A stretch of 64,000 nucleotides of DNA from Amphiscolops sp. MND2022. Lineage: Eukaryota. Location of the stretch: assembly GCA_964187785.1 (NCBI GenBank), contig OZ076409.1, positions 67,892,001 to 67,956,000 of the forward strand, in the 5' to 3' direction. The notes under the pieces were generated by a model. The model made no database searches, was not told the origin of the DNA, and was given only the letters and a program-made list of their open reading frames with translations. Below are positions 1-12,997 of the stretch, piece after piece (positions within the stretch are counted from its first letter, which is position 1; every line of letters starts with the position of its first letter). Both the position numbers and the translations under genes were made by a program.

Positions 1-431
1 TGTCGCGAGTGGTTTTCTCTAGGAGTTGTAAGTAAGTCCGGTACTGAAATTGCAAGTTTGGCATTTACTGCCATTACGAAAGGTTCCCACCGCTTTTCCC
101 ATTCTGCTTTAGGTGGCACTTCGGTGCACTCCCAATAAGCTGGCAGTCCGGCCATAGCTGACGAACTGCTTGTTGTCGGATTACCGCTGGATTCAAAAGA
201 ATTGTCTCGCAGCGTCATGCTATAGCTATGCTGTGAACTGATAAATAGTTGTCAAAACGAATTGAGCTGATAACACTGTATTTGCGTAAGATAATTTGGT
301 AAGTGGTCACTCTCTCTCATTTGATTGATACACGTTCTGTTTGTAAACAACATTATAATAAAATGTTCAACAACCTGTTCTTTTTAACAAAAGTCTAGAT
401 TAGAAAGTTTTCGAGAGTGCTCTCTCACACA
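1..431 (-). mobile_element. 5' end (LTR ~218-431, PBS, start of gag) of a Mag-like Ty3/Gypsy element that continues off the window
   Basis: The minus-strand ORF from ATG at 218 (MTLRDNSF...AGLPAYWECTEVPPKAEWEKRWEPFVMAVNAKLAISVPDLL) aligns by eye with the Gag N-terminus at 54927 (MALRAAD...PGLSYFWQDAEKSPSYDWDQWLQLFEVAVLARHSISVSELT). It has the same CA|TGrCGCTGCGAG LTR/PBS junction. The outer LTR boundary (TG at 431) is an estimate. Confidence 0.75.
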
Positions 432-3400
432 GTCACTTTTAACGTGGTTTTCTGAACCACCAAATTTTTTGGTAATATTTACCTGTTTTTTGCAACTTAT
501 ATCATGCTCGAAGCTGTGGGAAGCTGAACTTTCTACGGTTCATTACAAACTACCCTGCCTGCAGGTCTGCAACATGTGACAAGCTCAAGGACTCTCAACT
601 ACGGTGTTGAAACTTTCCAAATTCATGAAAATGGTTTGTTGGATTCTAGGTTTTCAGCAAACACAAACAAGCAAATACAGGCAGTTGAAACCAGAACGCC
701 TTTAATTTTTTCACTCTTCAAAGGCCAGAAACAGCTGAATATGTGAAACAGCTAAAAAGATATGTGAATTTTATATGTTTGGGGATTTTGCAGCGATGAA
801 ATCAGCCAGATTTCGAATTTGCTTTGAGACAATTGAATCTAAAAAGTACTTCGAAGACTCCCTTAACTGCCCATTCATTCATCTACCTTCACCTGCTGTG
901 GAACTAACACCCGCATCCATAGTGCTTCTTCTTCCAATTCCCTGTGTTTTACGCTTTTTTATATTCCTCTTACTTTTTATGAATTTTTTCCGCAGGAATT
1001 GAAAGCCATCAAAATTCCAAATAGTGAACTGGAAAACTTCTCTTTGCAATGGAATATACTGCCTCGAAAGTGAAGCCTCTCTAAGTTTGGTTTGAAATAA
1101 ATACAAAATTGGGAAATGACATTAAAATTTTATGCTATACGAGAGACTCGTGGCTGTTTCATTTTTACTGAGCCAACTCCAGTTTCGTATCTTACCCCTT
1201 AAGTCCGTCGGTTAATAGTTATTTCTACATCATTCTCTTCATTCTCTTCATTTTCTCATTTTGGTATGTGAGAAAAATTCAGAGGTCTTCAACTGGGTTT
1301 TGAAACTGAAACTTGATGAAATTTGAAAAAGAATGAGAAAATTGCTGAAATTCTGAAAGGTTTGTGAAAAATTTTTAAAATTTTTTTCAATTATATATAT
1401 CGCGACGTATTATATAACGGTAATTATATAACGCGACGTATTATCGAAGCGTTGAGTTTTCTAATTCGCTCGACTTTTACGCCTAATGAGGCAGTTTATT
1501 ACGTTTCGTTGAGGGTCAGGAAAACAAGAATTTTGCTGAGAACTCGATTCTGGAAGTTTTTGTAACATTCTGAGCAGAAAAATGCAAATCTTGCAAGATT
1601 TTTGCAAGAGTTAGATTCTAAAAATGCATTTTCGTACAAGATCTTACAAGAATTCTTGTAAGAATTTTGCAGGAATTGTGATTTTTGGATAATCCGGCAG
1701 TAGTTAACAATTTGTGAAATACTGTTTAGGCTCAAAGTTCTCGTATTTCTGAACATTGAAAAAAAGAAATAGGCCTTCCATTGAAATCAATGCGCAGGTG
1801 CCGAAAAATGCGCCGAGAAATTAAATCAATGCGCGGCGCAATCTCTTGTAGTATATCTACACAAATGGAAAATAAAAATTGCAAAGAGACCACTTTGTGA
1901 GAATCCGTTCAAAGTGGATTGTTAAGTTAGTTTTGTAACAATTTGGTTTTAAAAAAACTAGTTACTGCAATAGTCGGGCACGTTTTTTTTCACAAAAAGC
2001 GACGCATAGAACAGTATACGCACAAAACGTGCAGAGTACCGTTGCAAATTCCAACGTCGAATTAAAAGCTGAACAAATTTTTTTCCCGCTCGGTGATTCA
2101 ACCTGCCCCACTGCCAAACTTGAGACATAATTTCCATCTGCACGTTTGGTGAAAACAACAAGACGCCCGCTGACCAGCGAAACAATTTCCGCCTCAAATT
2201 GTTCCACACCGAAATAAATTTCACGCTCAAGAGTAGCCAATGCACCATGAAAATGCAAAGAAGTTCGCAGAAAAGAAAGTTTTGATTCACTAAGCCCATT
2301 TTTAGTCTGCGCATTTTAACAAAATGAGCCCGACTACTACAGTGACAGTTTTTTTTTCATTTTTTTTTCGTCAGACAACAGAATGTATGCGTAGTGGACA
2401 CTTTTTCTACAAAACTACTAAACTACTGGACCGGCAACCGGAAACGCATCTAAGTTAGTGCAAAGGGTCCCCTCTTTCGTGTACTCAATTTTAACGAAAG
2501 ATACAAAACCGGACGGGACAACAGGGTCCTCCCTTTGAATATTTTTCGGCACTGTGGGACTTTTTTTGAATTTTTTGTCGCCAAAGAGTCCCCTTCTTTT
2601 TTTGATATTTTGCAAAAAACTGGATTTTCAAAAACTCGAAGGGGTCCCCCTTTGAAAACTTTAAAAACTTTGCGCTTTTTGTGCCTTTGATAATATAGCG
2701 CCGACTTTAATAGTAGGCGTTCCCGTTTTGTTGAAAGAAACGTCTAACGTATAAACAAGCTAAGTACCTAATTGGTTGTCGTTGAACAATGTGGATATCA
2801 GTACCTAACCTACCAATTTTCTGATCAACCAATACTCATGGCTTTTCGTCAGTTTTCTTTCGATAGACCTAATCTGTCCGAAATAGTTCTTCAACTTTTC
2901 AAGTACCTTCTCACTGCCATTTGACGTAGTGGTTAACGCAGATTTCCTGCAGTCTAAGAAGTAGTTGTACGTGGGTTCAAAAGTCTCGATCTACAAGTTT
3001 GCAGAAAAAAAAGAAGACCTAATAGTAGAGCCTGAAAATTTTTTCGGCACTATGCGACTTTTATCACTTTTTTTCAAACATAAACCCCTTCCCTCAATTT
3101 TCAGCAGACACAAAAGCGTACCTGGTCAATTTTTTTTAGTTCAGCGATATGCGACTTACGGAAGTGAAATATTGTCCTCCAAATTTTTAGTTTTTTAAAA
3201 TTTTTAGAAAAGGAAGAATGTTTTCCGTGTTTTCGGGGAAAGACACCCTTGTTACTTTGTGATCCTGTAGAACTGATGAATTTTCTAAAAGAAGTTTTAA
3301 AATACTTTTGCAGCTTTTTTTCGGCTCTGCGCGTCTTTCAAAAACTTTCAGTTGGCAAAGAAAACCTCGCTTTCTTAACTGATTTCGAATTGAAAAAAAA

Positions 3401-6400
3401 ACTTTTCGAGTTGAATCGTTTTTTCGTCACCATGAGATTTTTCCGGAAAAACAATTTTCAAAAAACTATTTTTTTGTGTTTCCAGCTGGAGGAACAGCGG
3501 TTTTCGAAACTCAGGCGTCTTTCAAGGAACTTTTTGACACTGAGAAACTGGTAAAATAATGAAACAAAGTCTCCTTAGTATATTTAAGGAAGTTGAGCAG
3601 GGCGCCGACTTGACCGTTTCCGCTTGTTAAAGTTATCCACATACATCTCCAAAAAGTCAACACTAAGGAAATCGTGATATTTTTGACAACTTTGGAGTCA
3701 ACATGAGAAGTTTTTTAAAACAAAAACTACACATGTCTCTTTTAAAAAATCTAAGGGTAACCGACTTCAGTCGTTGTCAAAAGTTTATACCAATCTGACC
3801 ACGACACAGATCGAGAACTTCTATGAGACGTCAAATGTTTTCCGACGTTTGGGTCAACCTGAATTCCTTTCCTGCGTGGGAAACTACAAATACAACATTT
3901 TCCTTTAGAATTCGCACTGCATAGTTAGTGATTTTGCCTGCAGCTATTTGAATAACAAATTCTTGACATATAGGTCGTTTTCGAGGGTATTTTTTACAAA
4001 CATTTTGCATATGAATACATCCGATATATCTTGGGAACACTACTGGTAGCTACACGTTTGAATGCTGAGTCCCTGGGTATTCCATCCACAATAGGTTTTC
4101 GGAAAGGAACCAAATTGTGGACAACGTTGTCTGAAATTGAGAAAAAATGGAATTTTTGACTTTCCAATGTCAAGTTCGAGGAATTTCATCCCACTTTCGT
4201 TCCCAAATTGCGTTTTGAAGATCCAATTGTGTCAACGTTCAAGCCAATGGAAATTCTATTTTACAAAATCCTTCGTGAATTGAACGAATTTTGGAATTTT
4301 TTGTCGAAAAACGCGCATTTTTGTCACTTTTTTGATTTTGGGGCGTTTTTGAGGCCAATTCTAACAAGAAACTGCTGTTATATATTCAAAGACTCCTAAT
4401 CGTTAACGAAAGTTGCTGCGTTTTTATAATTTTATACGCACAGAAATTATTCGAATCTGCATAATATTCCTTGAAAAAAATTGCATAAACAGGTAGAAAC
4501 TTGAATTTATTGAGTTTTTCGCTTCAATTCGGTCATTCTGAGGTATCTTTCTACCATCAAACTGCAAAGTTCTCTTTTAAAACGTACTTCGAAACTATTT
4601 ATCTTATCCGGAGCTTTTCGAAGCTATCATCATACGAGAAATTCTTCATGTCACGTGAAACATCACTGAAAATGTCAAACTTCGGTAAAAGTTCGATATC
4701 TTCGACTTTTTGCTGTCAACCGTGAAGAATTTTCCATCACAAATATGTCTTCCAAAAAGCCTGTTGGATAACGAGTTCAACCGTTGTTGCACGTTTTCAA
4801 TATTCTGACTCCAAAACATTGCAAAAAGTATCCATAAGTTGCATTAGAAACGTGAAAATGATCAGAGTCAATCTGAAGCAATTTTGAAGCGAAGTTGTCT
4901 TGAAAGAGGCGTACTGCTTGACTAGGTTTTCTATTTTCGAACTTCGAGAGTTTCTAACCCGTGAATACTCTCGGAAAATTTACAGAAGTGGCTAGAAAAA
5001 AATGACAAAAACTGAAAATTGTGGATTTATCGACTGTTTCTGGGTCAATTTGAGGCTTTTTTCCAATAAAAATTGCATTTATCTCTTGCCAAAAGCGTAA
5101 TAGACTACGAAGTTTTCCCTTGTTTGACAGTTTCAACAGTTTTTTTGAAGTCTATCGGGAAGCTGACCGTAACTGAATAAATATGGTGACATTCAGTAAT
5201 TTTGGAATTTTCGTCAATTTCGATGTCAAATTGAGACGTTTTCCATTTGCAAAACAGCCTGTGGCTCCTCACTAAACCTGCTGGACAACAATTGTATTCC
5301 TCGTTGTCCTTTATAAACATTCTAATCCTCGAAGTTTGTAAAAAAAACTGACAAAAATTGCATGGAAACGTTAAAAATTGGGAAAATTTGGATTTTGTCA
5401 TATTTGGGGTAATTTTGAGTGATTTTTTTCATACCCAAAAAATTCCAAAAGTATCCTAAAATGAATATCGCACGATGTAGACAATTCTGTGAGTGGAATT
5501 CTATGGGTGACACCCTTCATTTTGAATATAAATTTGGAACATGGCAAATTTTGTTGAAAAAGGCTGATGTGATAATTTTCCTTTCTGATGTGGAAGATGG
5601 GCGGAAAATAATAATTTGAAGTACATCCGCTAGTTGGCGAGGGTCTTCAGAAAGGCACAACCAGAACCTGAATCAGTTAATCGGTTGACCGATTACCCAG
5701 TTATACAACAATCGAAAATAGTTGAACAGTTTTTAAAATTCATTTAAATTGTTCAAATTTTTTAAACCATGGAAACTACATTGTTTTTGATGGGAAACCA
5801 TTTGAATTGTAATCATACAATCTTTATAGCTTGACGTTATCCATAATTTATCATCGCTATTTGAGCGTCCTTTCGGTTAACCAATGATCCAGTAATTTTA
5901 AACAATTTTTCAGCGAAATTCTCAACTTGTGCAGGTTTTTGTCAAAAGGATACCTAGTGTACCCTCTCTATAAAGAGCAGTTGATAAAAACAAATTAGAT
6001 CAAAAATTTTTCGACAAAATTTCGCTGGACAAATTGTGGAATACCTTTCATCTCTAACAGTAGGAGGCGGGATGACACTGAGAGGTGTTCAAATGAAAAA
6101 CGGTCTTTCTGTTACAAAATACCCCCTTTGTCTTGAAGAACAATCTTATAGATATAGTGAAATTCTATATAGAAATGAACTCATAGTTTTTTCATTCTTG
6201 TTTTGCCAAAGTCAAAAACAACATCGCCAGGTTATAACTTTTTGGCTCTAATTTAATAGCCTTTGAAGCTACACAAACAATTACACAGTTTAGTTAGCTG
6301 CAAAGATTCAATCGACGATACTTCTCTTCTCGTAGGAAACCGTGAAGGATAGGCATGTGGACATTCATTCAACTTTCATCGAGATAATTATTTTTCTGCT

Positions 6401-6419
6401 GTGGAGAAGACAAACTGCC

Positions 6420-8820
6420 ATGAAATATGAAAAACACTTCGGAGTTGCTCTTGTGGTTTTATTAACTTGTATTATAATTGGTTTGTTGGTGCAAAACATT
6501 TTGGAGCTCAGGTCAGACTTCAGCAAGAGGGCGTCCTTTGTGACCTTTGAGGTCATCCAAGATGGCATTTACGACTCGAGTGTGGTCACAGTGGCCTCCT
6601 TCACCTATGATGACTCCGCCCCTTTAAACACCACTATGTGCACGTGTACTCGACACTTCCAAATAAGGAACCAAACTTTTGATCACGTGACTGAAGAAGT
6701 ACTTGGCTATAATGAATCGTGTGAGTTGTTGGAGACTGAGCTGCAGGCTTCTATAATCAGAAAAAAGTTCAATGACCGACATCTGATGCATGTGTTTTTT
6801 CTGAGAGGACCGCAGTTATTTCAATCTAGGTGAATTGCGCAAATAACACAAAGTTGAATAATCGCATTCGAGAATTTGAAATTTTCTGACTCAATAAGTT
6901 CAAAGGCTTTTTCATCCTGTGAACCCTACAATAGGATGTTGCCAAACCGTAGTCAAGGTTTGTTGATCAGAACCAAAGAAAATCTTGTGATTATTAGTGC
7001 CATCAATGTAGCCAATTTTTGTGTGACCAGAATATATAGTACTCCAAGTCCACATATAAACCTTTGACATTTGAATATGAGAAGAGCGTTTCACCTGTGA
7101 TGTGCGTTTTTCTTTTAAGCCATTTCCGTTTTATCCCTTTTACCTCAATGTTTGACTTTTGGGAATACTTGACGAACTCGCCACAAGATTTTGCGGGATC
7201 TTGGAGGGGATGTGGCAAGATTATGCAAGATCGTGCGAGATCTTGCGGGAAAAGCGGGAATCTGAATCTTCCCGAGATTGCCAAGATTACGGCGGGAATA
7301 CTGTCTTGACTCAAAAAGACATCCAAATTTTACAGGGAATCTAAGACTTCCGAGACTTCCAAGATTAGACGAGAAGCTTGCCGAGATCGACAAATTAAAA
7401 CAAAACAAAAGAAACGAATGAACAACAAAATCAAAAGAATGAAAACTAAAAATCATCGAAGATAACTGACATTCAACTTCAGGATCTCATTCATGTCGGC
7501 ATTTTTTATAATTTGGCTGACTGAAAAGAAAGTTTTCAACCCTTCCAGGGTTTCCAACCCACGTACTAGAACGAAACTAACCATTTTAAAAACAACAGAA
7601 TTATGACTGAAAACAACTAGAAGCATCAGCAAATTACGTCGAGTTTCTAAACTTTATCGACCTGAATGTACGAAAGAAGTGTTTTTGACTACCCTTGAAG
7701 GGGGTCTTGGGTGCGAAACAGAGTCAATCAAACAAAGAGAATCAGGATAACGATTGGAGAACAACGACAAATACCGTGACTTTGAGATCTTGCCCAGAAA
7801 TTTAAGACATGACTTGGCAAGACTTCCAGGGTTAATTGGTAACTTCGGACGTTTGTCAAGATTAACTAAAAAGTCGCCGGATCTTGTCAGGTTTCCAAAA
7901 ATGCAAGCATTGAGAATAATGACAACCTCATTACTTAAGAAAATTAGGAATATGATGAAACTTTTTTGGGAACGGAATTTTTTTCAAACTAAGGCGGCAT
8001 ACAATTTTTTGCAACTGCATAACTTGATAACCATAATCAAAATTGAGTGGTATTTTCTCAAGTTCAACAGCTGCATCAAAAAACTTCATTAAAGATGATT
8101 TCATGCCAATTCCCAATTATTTTTCACACGAAAGCGTATGTGAACATCAATCAGCTCAATGGCTTTATTGATTCAAACAGTATCATGGTATCTTAAAATA
8201 GACTAATGAAGTTATCTTTAACTTCTTCAGAAAACAAGCCCATTACAATCAAAGTTGTCTTGATAAGTAGTTTGATATGTTTGCAGCGACTGCTTTATAA
8301 AATTTTTCACGGTTGATAAGTATTTTATTAGTATATTGATTTGCGCAATTTTACATTCAGAGAGTCAGTCAGAATATTTTGTCACTCTCAAACTAGTGTG
8401 GTCTTTGCTGTCCTCGTGTCACCTCTTGAATGGGACTTCTTTCAGAACATTTATCACAGCTTTGGAGACGAAAAAATTCAACTTTTTGATCAACATCTCC
8501 AACACGACCCTCTACGCATGTTTTCCAGTGGCAGCAGGGTTCTATTGCGACTTTTCGAAGGTGTTCACGAAGATATTGAAAACTCGGATGGATTTACCGA
8601 TCGATTTATTTCATCGGAGATTTCGTCGACAACAAATTACGATACTTCGACAACTCATATTGAAATCCACTGGGGTTCTTCTGTTCGCAGAAAAGTTACG
8701 AAAACGAAATCAAAGAATCTTATACCTATAATTGAAATGATTACAACTGCTGCGCTGTCGTTAGAGCGAATTTATGGAATTTGGTCAAGGTTTCAAGCCC
8801 GATATAGCGAATGTGCATGA
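6420..8820 (+). CDS. Two-TM membrane protein, proton-activated chloride channel (PAC/TMEM206)-like; exons 6420-6829 and 8361-8820, ~289 aa
   Basis: A phase-2 GT-AG intron (6830-8360) joins RGPQLFQSR to ESVRIFC. There is an N-terminal TM (FGVALVVLLTCIIIGLLV) and a C-terminal hydrophobic helix. FFLRGPQLFQSRESVRI and IEIHWGSSVRRKV...NLIPIIEMITTAALSL resemble PACC1 segments (LIVQGPREVKKRELVF; VFEWKDPFIQKV...NPWNTIALLCGAFLAL). Family assignment is by eye. Confidence 0.6.
7144..7915. mobile_element. Putative non-autonomous TIR element with CAAGAT/ATCTTG-rich subterminal repeats, in the intron of the PAC-like gene
   Basis: Imperfect terminal inverted repeats (CTCAATGTTTGACTTTTGGGAA vs reverse complement CTCAATGCTTGCATTTTTGGAA) and many CAAGAT/ATCTTG words; a similar word cluster lies at ~1525-1745. 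Confidence 0.4.
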
Positions 8821-8960
8821 AAGCAGAACTGAAGTAGCAAATTCCAGTTCGTAACGGATTCATTGAACTACCATGAAAGGACAATTTTTATGATTTACTT
8901 CTAAAGGCTTTCATTTCAGCATAAACTGTTAACCAAAAATAATTCTCTGTGTGATTCATG

Positions 8961-9502
8961 GGAAATGGTCATTTCGCCTAATGCCATTTCGCCTAAAGTC
9001 ATTTCGCCTAACGTGTTTGGTCACTTCGCCTAATTTTTTTAGGCGAAACGTCTTTTACTTTGGTCACTTCGCCTAATTTTTTTTCAGAAACGTGAAAAAC
9101 ACATGAAATTGGAAAACAAATAAATTGTTTAAGATCTAAAACTAAAAAGTGATATAAAATAGAAAACGTGCCTCGGATATGTCCCATTCCTTCTAGTGCC
9201 CCGCGGCCCCTTGGGGCCGCTTATGTTCCATCTTGCTAAGCGAGGTCGAACAGGAGCAAAGACCTAGCGGGAACGGAGATCGCGAAGCGATCGTAGTGGG
9301 AGCTGGTCTTTGCGACGGTGAGGGCGAGTGTGCATACACCGCATATGCCCCACATTTTGATATTTTCGCTTTCAGAAAGCCTTTTTCGAAACATGATTAT
9401 TTAGACGTTATTCCCGTTTGGTCATTTCGCCTAATTTTCTTAGGCGAAATGACTCAACTAAATTTTTAGGCGAAATGGCATTAGGCGAAATGACCTGCAT
9501 TC
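8961..9502. mobile_element. MITE with 9-bp TSD (Mutator-like)
   Basis: TSD TGATTCATG at 8952-8960 and 9503-9511; inverted GGTCATTTCGCCTAATGCCATTTCGCCTAA near both ends; multiple internal CA(T/C)TTCGCCTAA subterminal repeats. Confidence 0.8.
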
Positions 9503-9862
9503 TGATTCATGACATGTATATTAAGTTAGAGCAGTGAATGTAAAAAAAATCATTTATGAAACCCTTTCTTTCCCAATGCAAGCAGATATTCAACTATTCT
9601 TGACTTCATAGTATTTAATCGTTCCAGATGCCACTCATGGCCACACGCCCAAAACGTTTTCTAAATTCTATTAAGATTCGCACTGCTACTATACTACTTT
9701 TTGTTCATCTTTACACAGGTATGTCGATGATGTCTAAATCGGAACTGACTGTAAGCAGGCCGTTTCTATCTTATTTCGTTCTTGATAATCTTTTGTTGAC
9801 TAGTAGTAACCGAAAGCTCTTTTCGCAACCAACTCAACAGCTGATAGCAATCAAGTTCCCTT

Positions 9863-10945
9863 TTTAGTCGGCGCTTTTCCATTAAGGGAAAAATGCCCGA
9901 CTATAGCAGTAACTGTTTTTAGTCGGCGCTTTTCTAGGGAAAAGTGCCCGACTCTTACAGTGGCTAGTTTTTTTTCGTCAGACTACAATCTCACTCTGAT
10001 TGGGCCACTTTTCTTACAATCGAAACTACTAAAACTACTAGCATAAGGCCAAGTCCGGTCAGCGGAAATTACTGTAAAAGGGTCCCCCCTTTCATTTTTT
10101 ACTTTTTTACCGTAACCTACAAAACCGGACGAGACTAAAAGGTTCGATTTTTTTTCGGCATTGTGCGGCTTTTTTCGAAAATATTTTAATGTCTCAAAAG
10201 AGTCCCCCTTTCGAGTTTTTTGATATTTTGCAACAGAATATATGTTAATAAAGCCCAAAGGGTTCCCCCTTTTACATTTTTCGGCACTATGTGACATTTT
10301 CTGAAAGAAAAAAAATCAAAAATTACAAGTTTTTTTTTAAAGAGTCTTTTGCGCATTTTGAGCCTTAGATATAGCGCCGACTTTAGACGTTCCCGTCTTG
10401 TTTTTTCTTCAGACTACAATCCTCACACTGATCGGTCCACTTTTCTTACAATCTTAAAATCTTACAATTCTTACTTAGCAAACTTAAAATACTAGCGCAA
10501 AAGCTTGCGAAGTAGTCTTTTTACATCATCTAAGAAACTCAATGGGACCAAAGGGTACTCTACTCCCTTAGAGTATTTTCGGCTCTGTGAGACTTTTTTT
10601 CGAAAAAAAAATTCCCCCAAAGGGTCCCCCTACAATTTTTTTGGAGTTTTCCGACAGAACGGATGTTGAAAAATCCCAAAGGGTCCCCCGTTTTCAGTTT
10701 TTTCGGCATTGTGAAACTTTCTTTTCAAAAAATTTTTTTCACCAAAAGTGCCCCTCCTTCAATTTTTTCTGATGATTTGCCACAAAATGGATAAAAAATC
10801 TCAAAGTGTCCCCTCTGGTGCGCCAATTCGGTTCAACTTTTGAGTTTTTCTGGTACCGTAGGAGAGAATACTTTGACACTTTGAAGTCCTTTTGCTGTTT
10901 TTGAGCCTTAGATATGGCGCCGACTTGAGCCGTTCCCGGCTTGTT
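9863..10945. mobile_element. Two tandem Helentron/HINE(DINE-1)-like non-autonomous repeats (family A); relatives at ~2320-2735, 47858-48425 (inverted) and 52805-53279
   Basis: End hairpin GTCGGCGCTTTTC-tagg-GAAAAGTGCCCGAC, subterminal inverted copy AGCGCCGACT near the other end, terminus CCCGTCTTGTT, internal AAAGGGTCCCC/TTTTCGGCACT repeats, no TSD seen. Confidence 0.55.
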
Positions 10946-12204
10946 TGATCATATATGGACCTATTGATTAAAATGATCCGAACCAATTTTTTTTCAAACA
11001 GTTCATTATGTTGTTAAAAAGATTTTCCCGTTGTTGTATTTTACAGCTTTACTAAGAAGAGAAACAAAGAGAGATAAAATACAAGCTTTTTCTTTACTAC
11101 TATCTCACATACAAAATCGTATGTCAAAAGAATGTATGTAAAACAAGTTCTTTTGAGTTTTTGGTAATCAACTCGAAAGAGATTGTAGACTGTAGACAAT
11201 GGTTACGAACCGAAACTCGCTTCCGTTTCTCGCTTCTAGTAGCGGTCAGGAGATGGATGAACTGAAACGGCGAGCTGTCATAGGTCGTTTAACGCGTTAA
11301 CAGAGATGGAGAAACCTGCAGTAATGAGTGTATCGCTCAAGACAAGCGCGCCTCGCCACAGATCCATTTTGAATCCAGGGGTAAGAAATGTCCCGAGGCC
11401 GTGGGTGCTTCGAGAATACGGTCCAACCGGTTCTAGTTTTTGATTGCTAATAGTAACGTACTTCTTTTATTTGGGTTTGCGGGTCGTACTGTCATAATGT
11501 TCCTTGAGGGGATAGTGCATTACCTTGTTCGACTAGTCTTTGAATTTCCGGACTGTTGTGACGGCAACGAAAAATACACATGGACATTTCACGGATGTTC
11601 CCCAGTGACAAAAAAGTATTCTTGTCCATGGTTTTTTACACTTTCAACTTTTGTCGGCTGGTTTTTAGAGTGCTAAAATTGGACTGCCCGAATGTAGTTA
11701 TTTCGTTCTGTTCGGATTTTTTCACGTTGTTTTACTTCTCGATAATCTACTCGTTTGTGTTTCATTCTTTTTGTACTCAGTTCACGTTTCGGTGATGTCA
11801 TTGTTTGTCTCGGTTTTCCTTCTGTTTCGTTGTAATTGGTCGGCAAATAATATTCCGTATTTCGAGTTCAATTCGGCGTGTTCAGATAATATGGTACTTA
11901 CGGATTTTTATTCGTAATTTTTATGCGGTATGGCTCTCCTAACAGATTTCTACCGATATAATTGGTAATTTTCCAATTACTGCCTGACATATTGACGGTA
12001 TTTAGATGTCAAAACGTGTTAGTGGGTCTAACCATCTTGTTGATGTTGCGCTATTTTAGTTATTCCATCAGTTCTGTTTAATTAGTGGTTTTATTGATTA
12101 GTGTTTCGTGTAGAGAAACACTTTCTTTCCGTATAGGCAAAATAGGGTTTTCGCTAGTCTCCACACTGCCGCTTGTTATTCTTCTTCACCAATGGAACAA
12201 TTTT

Positions 12205-12381
12205 ACTCGGCATAACGTTGTGGTCGAAACAAGAGGCCGGAAATGTAAAACTGATAGCATACGGCGGCAGATATTTGAACGAAACCGAAAAGGCTTTTCG
12301 GTTTCGTTCAAATATCTGCTGCCGTATGCTATCAGTTTTACATTTCCGGCATCTTGTTTCGACCACAACGTTATGCCGAGT
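12205..12381. repeat. 177-bp near-perfect palindrome (88-bp arms, 1-nt centre, 2 mismatches)
   Basis: ACTCGGCATAACG...CCGAAAAG-G-CTTTTCGG...CGTTATGCCGAGT, centred on 12293. Confidence 0.95.
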
Positions 12382-12997
12382 CAAGTTCAACTAGCGTCTG
12401 TTGTTTTTATGATATTCTTGTCCTTCGCATCGATTACTACTTAGGTGCTACATATACTCCAAATGATGGTATAATTCATGGCTGGTGGTTGAATATTGCA
12501 GATACAAATCTTTCTTTCACCAGTTTCGGGGATTCTCACCAAAGAAATTTTTGAGAAAAATGTGTTTATACAGAAACTTTCTGAAGTAACACATTTTTCC
12601 AGGATTTTTCCCAACAAATTTGGGGTTTCTTGGGGGTTGAATTTAGTGAGAAGCGTTTTTCGAGTCTTTAGAATAACTAACCTCTTTAGTTATTTTTTGC
12701 TACTGTGGGACTGATTGGAGTTTTGTCGATAAATGTGGAAAGACCTACGTCAACATGTGCAACCTCTACTACGATTTTTTTTCTCTGAAGGTTTGCTATT
12801 TCATTTTTTGTTATTTTATTTCTTCAAAAAAGGATCACACTGTTGTGTATCTTTTGCACTGTGAGACTTTCTTCGAATGAAATTTATTTGGGAAATATTG
12901 TAAAAATTATCGGCTGCGTTTTCCCAGGAAAGCGCCGACTAAAAACATGTTTACCATACAACAACGTTCTGTCTATTGTATTGTATAACTAAACCTA

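Noticed and set aside
775..5620. Numerous short F/K-rich ORFs (also ~47-51 kb)
   Set aside because: They lie in AT-rich dispersed repeats and show no coherent protein motifs.
12085..12444. Mirror-image ORFs on both strands
   Set aside because: A by-product of the palindrome.
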